Assembly (NCBI GenBank): GCA_017429505.1
Contig: JAFROW010000008.1
Coordinates: 161,549 to 225,548 of the forward strand
Length of the DNA: 64,000 nt
Source of the DNA: Clostridia bacterium
GTDB taxonomy: Bacteria; Bacillota; Clostridia; TANB77; CAG-508
Reading direction: 5' to 3'
Part shown: in pieces, positions 11,791-20,651 of the stretch
Layout: each line of letters begins with the position of its first letter
Numbering within the stretch: position 1 is the stretch's first letter
Program-made: the position numbers and the translations under genes
The notes under the pieces: model-generated
The model's input: only the letters and a program-made list of their open reading frames with translations
What the model was told of the DNA's origin: nothing
Database searches by the model: none

Positions 11791-11987
11791 AAAAAATTTG
11801 TATAGCATTTTTTAGACTAAATCAGTTGTTTGAAACAGGCATAAATTATACTTATATTATGCGTGAAAACAAAAAATAAGCTTTTTTATTTGCTTTTCTC
11901 TTTTCTTTTGGCTAAAACTATCGTAAAAATGCATTACAGTAAGTCCTCATGTTACTATCAAAAATAGGGGTGTATAGAAATTTTTTT
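11791..11987 (+). repeat. MITE-like intergenic repeat, copy 1 (~197 bp), with imperfect terminal inverted repeats AAAAATTTGTATAGCA ... GGGGTGTATAGAAATTTTT
   Basis: Its ends and length match the elements at 32899-33095 and 58850-59047 in the opposite orientation, and the shorter copy at ~52120-52245. The element separates the T-box leader from the downstream operon. Confidence 0.5.
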
Positions 11988-12074
11988 AAAAAATACTATT
12001 AACTATTTAGTAAAATAACCAACTTTTCAAATACTTATCAAATGTAAATTGTAATCTTTTTTTTGTTTGGATAA

Positions 12075-12385
12075 GACCAACATAATCTTTTTCAAAACAA
12101 AAACAAGCCATTCCTGTATTTAGGACGAAATGACTTGTTCCGCGGTACCACCTAAGTTAGTAACCTTTATATTATATAAAGCACATTTTGATTACTTACG
12201 TATCTACTTTCTCTTTATTTGTTACTCTCTTTACTATCTTTAACGCAGATATACGGCAAGGCTTACTTTTAAAAGGAAATAAAAATCACATCTATTTTCT
12301 GCCAAGCAACTATTAAGGTGATAAAAAATAATTTTTACTTACTTTGCTCTCAGCTTATGCAAAGCTCTCTGTTAGATATTGTATT
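12075..12385 (-). promoter_or_regulatory. T-box riboswitch leader (probably Ile-responsive, regulating the DUF1653-membrane protein-ileS operon)
   Basis: Minus strand reads ...aacuuaGGUGGUACCGCGGaacaagucauuucguccuaaauacaggaauggcuuguuuuuguuuu. The T-box core GGUGGUACCGCGG is followed by the terminator hairpin caagucauu/aauggcuug and a U-run. Upstream stem I has an AGAGAGC start. Confidence 0.75.
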
Positions 12386-12558
12386 ATTTTCCTTGTCCTT
12401 AATTTTGTTTTTTACTTGATATGTTGTATATAATAGCACAATTTTTTTACAATTTCAATAGTTTTAGAAAAAAATCTGTAAAAATAGCTACAATCTTGTT
12501 CCATCTTTATTGAGAACAAACAAATATAAATTCTATATAATAATAGATTATTCTTATC

Positions 12559-13665
12559 TTATTCTTGTTCTTCTTGTACTATGTTCCACCCACTACCTCT
12601 TGGTGGTCTTCCTTTTTTACTATTTCTATTTGGTCTTTGTTGCCATGATGTGTCCTTTTCCTCGCCTGCTTCCGCTATAACTTCCCTCGTTGATATATCA
12701 TTGACTATTATTGTTGTTGGTTGTTGAGACTCTGGTATTTTCATTTCTTCTCGATATAAACTTGATCTTGAGATACTCTCTTTTTTCTCATCACCACTTG
12801 GTTGCATATCAATTAGCTTTTGTTCCGCAGCACCTTTTACTTCTTGATATGTAACATCAGCATAAACATCTTGGTTCTCTTTATTGCCAAAAAGTTGTAA
12901 TATTCTTCTTATAACAGGTAACTGGCTTATCCACTTTATAAACCTATCTTTTGATGTTTCTCTTTCAGGAATCATTATTTCAGTAGATGTAGCTGCAGGT
13001 ATAACTGGAGTTTTACTTACACCACTTTGGGGCATAACTTCTCCATAAGTAGGCTCTATCCTATTACTAATACCTTCGTTAGGAGATTGTTCTATTTCAG
13101 GCTTTCTTTTTTCCAAAGTATAATTCTTCTCCTCTAGTTCAATACCAAATACATTGATAATCCTTTCTATAATCGGTTCAACCTCTTGTAAAAAACAAAC
13201 TTTATCACCTTCTAGCGTTTCCATCAAATCATATCTTATTGAATCTGCTTTATTCATTGTGCCAAATTTAAGAATTATTGCAGAACTTGTCTTCTCTTTT
13301 GACTCCCTAGCGCGATCTAAATCTCCATTTCTAACAGCTTTTTTTAATTCATCTATCTTCTGTCTCATTGTTTTTGCAGAATTTAGTAAGTACATAAAAG
13401 CATCTTTATCTTCGTATAAATCTTGAACTTCATTTATTTCTAATAGTGAAATAACAGTATTTAAGTAATTCTCTACATTACTATCATCTTTTTCTTTCCA
13501 ATCGTAATAATCACTAGGTAACTTTTCTCTATATTTTTTCTCGTTTTTTACTAAATACGTTATTTTTTCAAAAAATTCAATTACATCTCCATCTATTATA
13601 CCTAGTTCTTTTAAGCGCATCTCAATAATTAATTGTCCTATAGTCAACGAACGTTTTTTCTTCAT
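12559..13665 (-). CDS. Hypothetical protein with a Pro/Arg/Gly-rich C-terminus
   Basis: 368-aa ORF with no recognisable catalytic motifs. C-terminus is QQRPNRNSKKGRPPRGSGW. Confidence 0.6.
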   Translation of the reverse strand: MKKKRSLTIGQLIIEMRLKELGIIDGDVIEFFEKITYLVKNEKKYREKLPSDYYDWKEKDDSNVENYLNTVISLLEINEVQDLYEDKDAFMYLLNSAKTMRQKIDELKKAVRNGDLDRARESKEKTSSAIILKFGTMNKADSIRYDLMETLEGDKVCFLQEVEPIIERIINVFGIELEEKNYTLEKRKPEIEQSPNEGISNRIEPTYGEVMPQSGVSKTPVIPAATSTEIMIPERETSKDRFIKWISQLPVIRRILQLFGNKENQDVYADVTYQEVKGAAEQKLIDMQPSGDEKKESISRSSLYREEMKIPESQQPTTIIVNDISTREVIAEAGEEKDTSWQQRPNRNSKKGRPPRGSGWNIVQEEQE

Positions 13666-13754
13666 TTTTCTTCCTCCTTCGTATATATAAAAACATATAC
13701 ATATTATATTTTTTCATAATTATTGTCAATAACTTTTATAGTTTTTTATTCAAT

Positions 13755-14846
13755 CTAGTTATTCACACCATGTGCATACATTGGAGTATTTTTGTCTATT
13801 GCTTTAAATTTATATCCATTCTTTTTTGCATATTTTATAATTTTTGATAAAGCATTTAAAGTCTTTGTATTTCCTGCAAAATCATGACAAAGTACCATAT
13901 TTCCTCTTCTTTTACTTAGATTCTTTGTAACATTTTTGTATACATCATTTGAAGTTTTTGCTCCACCTGCATCTCCTGATGATACATTCCAATCAAAATA
14001 TCTAAATCCTCTTGACAACATTTCTTTTGTAAGTACGCTCATTATTCCTTTAGAATAGTGTCTACTAACTGTATTTGAGCTTCCTCCTGGGAATCTCATA
14101 AATTTTGTCCTAACCCCTGTTAACTTATATATTTTATCTTGTAATTTATAAACATTGTTTAAAAATGCTTTTTTAGATTTATATATTTTTGAATATTCGT
14201 GTGAATAGCCATGTATTCCTATTGTATGCCCTTCTTTTACAATTCTTTTTATTAATTTTTCGTTTGACTTGCTGTAATTCAAAACAAAAAATGTTGCTTT
14301 GACTTTTTCTTTTTTTAATATATCTAAAACTTTTGGAGTTATTGTGCTACTTGGTCCATCATCAAAAGTTAAGTATATTACTCCTTTTGTTGATTTATTA
14401 TCACTTGGTAGATTTTTAACCTTTATTGTGCATTTTAATTTTTTATCTCCAACTTTAACCTTTATCTCTGCTGTTCCTTTTTTCTTTGCAGTTACTTTTC
14501 CTTTTGAATTAACTATTGCAACTTTTGTGTTTGAGCTTTTCCACCATTTTGCTTTTTTGTTTGTTCCTTTTATTTTTAATGTGTATTTTTCTCCAACATA
14601 AAGTGTCTTTTTGGTTTTGTTAAGACTTATTTTGTCTTTTTTTGTTTCAGATTTTGTTGTTTCTGTTTCACTTTTGTTGTTTTGATTTGATTCAGTCTCT
14701 TTTGACTCTGTATGTATAATTTCTTCCTGTTGTGTTTCATTTTTATTTGTATTTTCTACCTCTGCTGCATGTGTTCTATATTGTGCTAAATTTAATATTC
14801 CTAATATTGTTATAAATATAATTACTACTTTTAATACTTTTTTCAT
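13755..14846 (-). CDS. Polysaccharide/peptidoglycan deacetylase (NodB family) with N-terminal signal peptide and Big_2-like Ig domain
   Basis: NodB motifs LTFDDGP, HGYSHE and LCHDF. Big_2-like segment YVGEKYTLKIKGTNKKAKWWKSSNTKVAIVNSKGKVTAKKKGTAEIKV. Paralog of 14947..16176. Confidence 0.85.
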   Translation of the reverse strand: MKKVLKVVIIFITILGILNLAQYRTHAAEVENTNKNETQQEEIIHTESKETESNQNNKSETETTKSETKKDKISLNKTKKTLYVGEKYTLKIKGTNKKAKWWKSSNTKVAIVNSKGKVTAKKKGTAEIKVKVGDKKLKCTIKVKNLPSDNKSTKGVIYLTFDDGPSSTITPKVLDILKKEKVKATFFVLNYSKSNEKLIKRIVKEGHTIGIHGYSHEYSKIYKSKKAFLNNVYKLQDKIYKLTGVRTKFMRFPGGSSNTVSRHYSKGIMSVLTKEMLSRGFRYFDWNVSSGDAGGAKTSNDVYKNVTKNLSKRRGNMVLCHDFAGNTKTLNALSKIIKYAKKNGYKFKAIDKNTPMYAHGVNN

Positions 14847-14946
14847 CTTTTATTACCCCTTTTATTTCATCTTTTATATTTTCTAATATTTTTTATGTGT
14901 CTCTATTTTATTTTTTTATTAGTCCAAAAATATTTATGTATAAAAT

Positions 14947-16176
14947 TTAGTTATTTACATGTTGTGCATACATTGGTGTATCGTCATCTATTCGTGCAAA
15001 TGTATAACCTTCTTTTTTTGCATATTTTATTATTTCTGGTAATGCTTCTAGTCCTTTTTTGTTTCCTCCAAAGTCATGCATTAAAACCATATTTCCTCTT
15101 TTTTTGCTCAAATTTTTTGTAACATTTTTGTAAACGTCTTTAGCATTTTTTGCTCCACCTGCATCTCCTGAAGAAATGTTCCAATCATAATATTTAAAGC
15201 CTTTTGCAAGCATTTCTTTTGTAAGTTCTGTCATAATTCCTTTACAATATTTTCTACTTACTGTATTTGAACTTCCTCCTGGAAATCTTGTATACATTGT
15301 TTTTACACCTGTTGACTTATATATTCTATCTTGTAATGTGTACACATTTTTCATAAATGTTTCTTTAGATTTATATATTTTTGAATATTCATGTGAATAT
15401 CCATGAATTCCAATTGTATGACCTTCTGCTACAATTCTTTTTAATAGATGTTCATTGTTATCGCTATAATTTATAACGAAAAATGTAGCTTTTACATTTT
15501 CCTTTTTTAATATGTCTAAAATTTTTGGTGTTATATTTGCGCTTGGCCCATCATCAAAAGTTAGCCAAATAACTCCTTCAGTTGATTTGTTCTTTTCAGT
15601 TGTAGCTGAGGTATTGACTGCATTTTGCTCGTTTACCTTAGGTTCGTTATTTGAATTTTGATTTGTTTGAGCTTGATCTCCATTAGTGTTTGCTTTTTGA
15701 TTTTCACCTGTCTGAGCATTATTTGCATTTGCTTTTTGATTTTCACCTGTCTGAACATTATTTGTGTTTGTTTCTTGATTTTCACCTGTTTGAGCATTTT
15801 TTTCGTTTACTTCTTGATTATTTTCTATTGTTTGAGCATTATTTGTATTTACCTCTTGGTTATTTTCTGTTGTTTGAACATTATTTGTATTTACCTCTTG
15901 GTTATTTTCTACCTGAATATTGTTTGTATTTGATTCTTGGTTATTATTTGCAGTAGCTTCTTTACTTGCATTTGTTGATTCATTCGTAGTTGTTTTCCAT
16001 ACATTTTCCTCAGTTGCAACCTGAGTTTGCGGATTCTCAGAAACAACTTCAGCAGCTTGTTTTTTACTTGTTAAAACCTTTGTTAAAACTGCAATTATTA
16101 TTACTAAAATTAAAGCTGATATTGCTGTTATTATTACTTTTGAAATATTAAGTTCTTTGTACTCCATTTTTCTCAA
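14947..16176 (-). CDS. Polysaccharide/peptidoglycan deacetylase (NodB family) with N-terminal TM anchor and an Asn/Gln/Thr-rich tandem-repeat linker
   Basis: NodB motifs LTFDDGP, HGYSHE and LMHDF. The catalytic domain is about 70% identical to 13755..14846. The linker repeats NNQEVNTNNVQT(T/G)E. Confidence 0.85.
   Translation of the reverse strand: MRKMEYKELNISKVIITAISALILVIIIAVLTKVLTSKKQAAEVVSENPQTQVATEENVWKTTTNESTNASKEATANNNQESNTNNIQVENNQEVNTNNVQTTENNQEVNTNNAQTIENNQEVNEKNAQTGENQETNTNNVQTGENQKANANNAQTGENQKANTNGDQAQTNQNSNNEPKVNEQNAVNTSATTEKNKSTEGVIWLTFDDGPSANITPKILDILKKENVKATFFVINYSDNNEHLLKRIVAEGHTIGIHGYSHEYSKIYKSKETFMKNVYTLQDRIYKSTGVKTMYTRFPGGSSNTVSRKYCKGIMTELTKEMLAKGFKYYDWNISSGDAGGAKNAKDVYKNVTKNLSKKRGNMVLMHDFGGNKKGLEALPEIIKYAKKEGYTFARIDDDTPMYAQHVNN
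15690..15960. repeat. Tandem ~39-bp (13-codon) coding repeat, about 7 copies, inside the deacetylase gene
   Basis: The direct repeat attttcacctgtctgagcattatttgcatttgctttttg and its variants are visible on the + strand. Confidence 0.8.
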
Positions 16177-16253
16177 TCTTCTTTCCTTTTATTTTTAAAA
16201 CAATATAAAATCTTGATTTCATATTTAATAATCTATATTAATACATATCTTTA

Positions 16254-16760
16254 TTATTTCTCATCAAAATAAAAACTTATTTCTTGCATATTTTCAAAAT
16301 TCTTCTGTCTCAATATTTCGTAAGCTATTACACAAACTGAATTTGATAAATTAAGTGACCTTAGTGTTGGTAACATTGGAATCCTAATAGTTTTTGTATC
16401 AAGGTATTTTTCTAAAAGCCATTCGGGAAGACCTTTTGTCTCCTTACCAAATAATACGAAAACTTCATCCATTTTAGAATAGTCAACATCAGAATATACA
16501 GATTTTCCTTTTGTTGTTGCAAAAAACATGTTATAATTTTCTGGTGGATATTTTTCTAAAAATTTCTCTAAAGATTCATGTTCCTCAATTTCCAACTTGT
16601 CCCAATAATCTAAACCCGCTCGTTTTACTGATTTTTCTGAAATATTGAATCCTAAAGGATGTACTAAATGTAATTTTGCTCCTGTAATAGCACAAGTCCT
16701 TGCAATATTTCCTGTGTTTTGTGGTATTTCAGGTTCCACCATAACAATATGTAATTTCAA
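16254..16760 (-). CDS. trmL: tRNA (cytidine(34)-2'-O)-methyltransferase (SpoU/TrmL family)
   Basis: MKLHIVMVEPEIPQNTGNIARTCAITGAKLHLVHPLGF plus a C-terminal SPOUT knot region (RIPM..RSLNLSNSVCVIAYE). 168 aa. Confidence 0.9.
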   Translation of the reverse strand: MKLHIVMVEPEIPQNTGNIARTCAITGAKLHLVHPLGFNISEKSVKRAGLDYWDKLEIEEHESLEKFLEKYPPENYNMFFATTKGKSVYSDVDYSKMDEVFVLFGKETKGLPEWLLEKYLDTKTIRIPMLPTLRSLNLSNSVCVIAYEILRQKNFENMQEISFYFDEK

Positions 16761-16851
16761 TTAAGTTCGCCTCCAAATTCTGCTTTCTCTCTCCACTTTA
16801 TATATTATCACAACATTTTACTTTTTTCAACACATTTTTATAAAATCTTAT

Positions 16852-17523
16852 TTATCTTTCGGGTATACCTTTTGTACTATATATTTTTCTTTTTTCTATC
16901 AAAGAATCTAAAATTTGCTTTAAAAGTAAATCTGCTTTATTCTTTAAATCTGCTTCATCTCCATCATTCTGTATATGTATGCTATCTCCTTCACCATATT
17001 TAACTACATCAAAATTTGAAAATATGCTAAAAAAATCAACATCTTTATCATCTTTTCCATCTCTTTTTTTCATTGCTTCTCTTCTATCTTCTTCATTTCT
17101 ATTAACCAAAACTCTATAGTCGAATTCTTTCCATATACTTGAAATATTTAATAAAGCATAATCTACAACAACAATTTTATCTCCTCTTTTTTCACAAATT
17201 TCTAATTGTCTTTTTATAGAATCTGAAACCGATTTAAAATATGCATTTGCTGCTATTTTAAAAACTATTGGTGTACGTATCTTTTTTTGTATTTTATCAT
17301 CTTCACTCTTTATTTTTCTTTTATATCTACCTTTACCTGATACTACCATTTTTGCAAAAATATTTACACATGTTAATATAGCATCTCTTAATCCATCTAG
17401 TCCCATTTCTTCCACAATTTTATCAACCTCTATACGTTCAACATATGGATATGTTTGTGTTAAGTATTTTGATAAAGTAGTTTTTCCAGAGGCTGGCTTT
17501 CCTTCAATTCCTATTGTAATCAT
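16852..17523 (-). CDS. P-loop nucleoside/nucleotide kinase-like protein (dephospho-CoA kinase / AAA-like family)
   Basis: Walker A IGIEGKPASGKTTLSKYL near the N-terminus. The likely start is MITIGIEG. Function uncertain. Confidence 0.5.
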   Translation of the reverse strand: MITIGIEGKPASGKTTLSKYLTQTYPYVERIEVDKIVEEMGLDGLRDAILTCVNIFAKMVVSGKGRYKRKIKSEDDKIQKKIRTPIVFKIAANAYFKSVSDSIKRQLEICEKRGDKIVVVDYALLNISSIWKEFDYRVLVNRNEEDRREAMKKRDGKDDKDVDFFSIFSNFDVVKYGEGDSIHIQNDGDEADLKNKADLLLKQILDSLIEKRKIYSTKGIPER

Positions 17524-17603
17524 AAAAAAAATCCTTTCCTTCAAATAGTTCTATTACATTTTTTACTATTTTACCACAAAAAATGCAAAAATTAAAGTAC
17601 CTT

Positions 17604-18197
17604 TTATGTGCTTTCTTTAATTCTTTTTAAATAATTTAATGGATTTACATATTCATTATTAACCCTCATTCCAAAATGCAAATGTGGACCCGTAGTTGCG
17701 CCATTTGTTGGGTTTCCGTTAGAATCGAAATATCTGTTTCCTACAACTCCATAAACATTTTTAGGTCCAACTTTTCCAATAACTTGACCTTTTACAACTT
17801 TTTGCCCAACAGAAACCATCAAATTTGGATCAGAATGACAATACGAATATTTAATTTCTCCATTTTCTTTATTCTCATCCGTTAGAGTGACTGTATAACC
17901 TCCACCGCCTAAAAAACCTGCAAAAGTTATTGTACCATTTGTTACAGCAACATATTCACTCCCCTGTGGTGCTGCAATGTCAACTCCTTTATGATAAGTC
18001 GATGCTCCTGATGTAGGTGCGTGTCTTTTTCCAAAATATGAATTTATTCCATAAAATCCTGGTGCAGGCCATAAAAGCTCACCTGTTTCTGCAAAATCTA
18101 TCACTTTTATATTTGAATTTAATGGGATAAAAAATATACTGATAAATATTGTAAAAATTGTAAGAACACAAACAAATTGATAAAAATATTTATGCAA
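17604..18197 (-). CDS. M23 family metallopeptidase (peptidoglycan endopeptidase) with N-terminal TM anchor
   Basis: M23 motifs YHKGVDIAAPQGSEYVAVTNGTI and GPHLHFGMRVNNEYVNP. Confidence 0.9.
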   Translation of the reverse strand: MHKYFYQFVCVLTIFTIFISIFFIPLNSNIKVIDFAETGELLWPAPGFYGINSYFGKRHAPTSGASTYHKGVDIAAPQGSEYVAVTNGTITFAGFLGGGGYTVTLTDENKENGEIKYSYCHSDPNLMVSVGQKVVKGQVIGKVGPKNVYGVVGNRYFDSNGNPTNGATTGPHLHFGMRVNNEYVNPLNYLKRIKEST

Positions 18198-18417
18198 AAA
18201 ACCAGTCCTTTCTTAAAATGTGTGTTTAAAAATAAAGCAATAATAAATCATATATTGCACATAAATATTACCATATATTTCCTTAAAAATCAAGAAAAAA
18301 TTTTCGACAAAATCCGACAAAACATGTTTTTCACTTATCTGCTTTGAATTGTAACATTAAAAATATGATACATTAAAATTCTACTATCAATCAAAATCAC
18401 GCAAAAATAAAAAAATT

Positions 18418-18445
18418 TTACATATTTTTATACTTATGGTATAAT
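18418..18445 (+). promoter_or_regulatory. Sigma-A-type promoter (TTTACA-16/17-TGGTATAAT, extended -10) for the amidase gene
   Basis: The sequence is ttttacatatttttatacttatggtataat, about 60 bp upstream of the ATG at 18506. Confidence 0.4.
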
Positions 18446-18505
18446 ACACTCAAGAAAAATTTCTACACATTTTTGTGTAAATATAAATCCATTCGGAGGC
18501 AATAT

Positions 18506-19828
18506 ATGAACAAAAATTTAAAAATAAAATTAGTTGTAGTATTTTTTATTATTCTAATGATGTTTTTAATATTTAACAAATTTCGTACAAATCATGAAAC
18601 AAATATCAACGTAGAACTAAAAACACAAGCAATTTTTGAAAATATAAATCAATTCAACACTGCTAAACTTAATAATTTTATAATTTATGGTAGTCACTTA
18701 AATCTTGAAGGAAATATTGAGTTACCAAAAATTTCTGATATATCAATATATTCTGTGCATGTTGTTGCAAAAAATATAGATGGAAAAGAAGAACCTATGG
18801 ATTGCACTTATACTTATAAAGATAATGTTCTAACCTTTTCTACACTAGATAAAATTAACAAAGGCTTATTATTAGAAGATCTTGAAAATACAAATTATTA
18901 TTTATTTTTAAAAGTAATTTTTTCTAATAGTGAAGAAAGATATTATACTTTTGAGAATGCTTCAAAATACAATAACACAACTTATTACACAATTAGTAAA
19001 AGAAATAAAATAGATATAAAATTTGACACATTTTCTGAAACAAAATTTTTAGGTTTATTTGTATCTAAAATAGATGAACTACCAAACAATATCTATGATA
19101 TAGCAATTGATGCATCACATGGTGGAAAAGACACAGGTGCAAAATACAAAAAATATACTGAAGCAGATTTAGTTTTAAAATATGCAAAAAATATAAAACA
19201 AAAGTTAGAAGATAAAGGATATAAAGTTTTTCTTTCTCGTGATGGGTCAGAAAGTCCAAATCAAGATTTATCTGATGTCTATGCTGAAAACGGAAGAATT
19301 AATACAATTCAAGAATCACATAGTAAGCTTTTACTTTCTTTAAGTCTTAATGGCACAAAATCTAAAACAGGTGGAGTAGAAATATATGCCCCAACTAAGT
19401 GTGATATAAAATTCGCAAAATCTTTAGCAGATAATATTGTAAAAAAAGCCAAAGCTTCGTATTCTTCTGTTAAACTATTTAAACAAGATGATGGAGTTTA
19501 TGTAAGAAATTTTAAAGATTATGATATTTTAAACTTTAAAGCAAGTGCAATTTTACACAAATATGAGCCTTATACAATTACTAAGCAAACTCCATATCAC
19601 TATATGATTCGCGAAATTGGAGGTATTGCAACAAATGCTTTTGTTGATGGAAGAAACACTTCTTATGGAAAAAATAAATATTTTGACTCTAATATTGGTA
19701 TTGAATCATACATACTTGAACTTGGATATATGAATGCCCAAAAAGATTTGAATAATATTGTAAAAAATGAAAATTTGTATGTTCAAGCAATTGTAGAAGC
19801 AATTGAAGATTATGTGACAGTAAAATAA
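18506..19828 (+). CDS. N-acetylmuramoyl-L-alanine amidase (Amidase_3 family) with N-terminal TM anchor
   Basis: The start MNKNLKIK is preceded by a GGAGG RBS. The Amidase_3 signature is IAIDASHGGKDTGAKY...EADLVLKYAKNIKQKLEDKGYKVFLSRDG. Confidence 0.9.
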   Translation: MNKNLKIKLVVVFFIILMMFLIFNKFRTNHETNINVELKTQAIFENINQFNTAKLNNFIIYGSHLNLEGNIELPKISDISIYSVHVVAKNIDGKEEPMDCTYTYKDNVLTFSTLDKINKGLLLEDLENTNYYLFLKVIFSNSEERYYTFENASKYNNTTYYTISKRNKIDIKFDTFSETKFLGLFVSKIDELPNNIYDIAIDASHGGKDTGAKYKKYTEADLVLKYAKNIKQKLEDKGYKVFLSRDGSESPNQDLSDVYAENGRINTIQESHSKLLLSLSLNGTKSKTGGVEIYAPTKCDIKFAKSLADNIVKKAKASYSSVKLFKQDDGVYVRNFKDYDILNFKASAILHKYEPYTITKQTPYHYMIREIGGIATNAFVDGRNTSYGKNKYFDSNIGIESYILELGYMNAQKDLNNIVKNENLYVQAIVEAIEDYVTVK

Positions 19829-20002
19829 CTTAATTATAATTAAAAGAAGTATAGATATTAAAATTTAAAAAGCATGCGTAAGCGACCAAACGAACGTAAG
19901 TAAGTGCGAAATGGAGCAATCTTCATACTAGTATTTTTTAATACGAAGATTGCGACACCAAATGCTTGTAAATTTTAATATCTATACTTTTAATATATTT
20001 AT

Positions 20003-20542
20003 CTAAACTTGTTCATTATTTAATAAATTAATTACCTGCGGATAAATTTTTTTGGCATTTCTTCTCCAATTATCTGAAATTTTTTTTGCTTGTTCGTTTG
20101 AGCCTGCAAAAGTGCGTATTTCAAATATAGTTTTGTTATTTTCTACTATTTTGCATTTAACAGTATAATCATTTTCACTTTCTGGTATAAATTCTGCAGA
20201 TATTGACTCTTCATCTGCAATAGTTAAAAGTTGTTGTTTAAATATATTATCAGCTTTTAGCTTAATTATTCCTGGTAGTATATCTATTGTAAGCTCAAGT
20301 GAATTTTTTCCTTCAGTTGTAATTTCATAAACATTTTGTTCTTCTTTAGTGTAAGTTCCTACTAGCTTGGATTCAACTAAATCTACTAATATGTCTCTAA
20401 AATAAAAGTAATTAATATTATTAATTGTAGAGATTATTTTAAATAAGTCTGTATCTGTTATTTCTCTATTTATTGTATTTAATGTGTATAATATTAATAC
20501 TTTATTTTCTGCCAAGCTATTACTATTATAATTTTCTTCCAT
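20003..20542 (-). CDS. Hypothetical protein (DUF4364-like), co-oriented with the adjacent beta-CASP nuclease
   Basis: 179-aa ORF. Family assignment is from memory of genomic context only. Confidence 0.45.
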   Translation of the reverse strand: MEENYNSNSLAENKVLILYTLNTINREITDTDLFKIISTINNINYFYFRDILVDLVESKLVGTYTKEEQNVYEITTEGKNSLELTIDILPGIIKLKADNIFKQQLLTIADEESISAEFIPESENDYTVKCKIVENNKTIFEIRTFAGSNEQAKKISDNWRRNAKKIYPQVINLLNNEQV

Positions 20543-20651
20543 AATAGCCTCCTTACATTAAATTTCAAAATCATTATATCACAAAATATCCACCTTGTAA
20601 ATATCTTGTCAAATTTCACTTATCTGCTCATTACTGATTAAAGGATTTTTG

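Noticed and set aside
12559-13665. Possibility that this 368-aa protein is a sporulation coat morphogenetic protein (SpoVID/SipL-like)
   Set aside because: There is no LysM domain or other diagnostic motif. The idea rests on context (sporulation genes nearby) only.
16852-17544. Calling the P-loop protein a specific kinase (dephospho-CoA kinase or uridine kinase)
   Set aside because: Only the Walker A motif is recognisable. The rest does not match CoaE or Udk signatures from memory, so it is kept as generic P-loop kinase-like.
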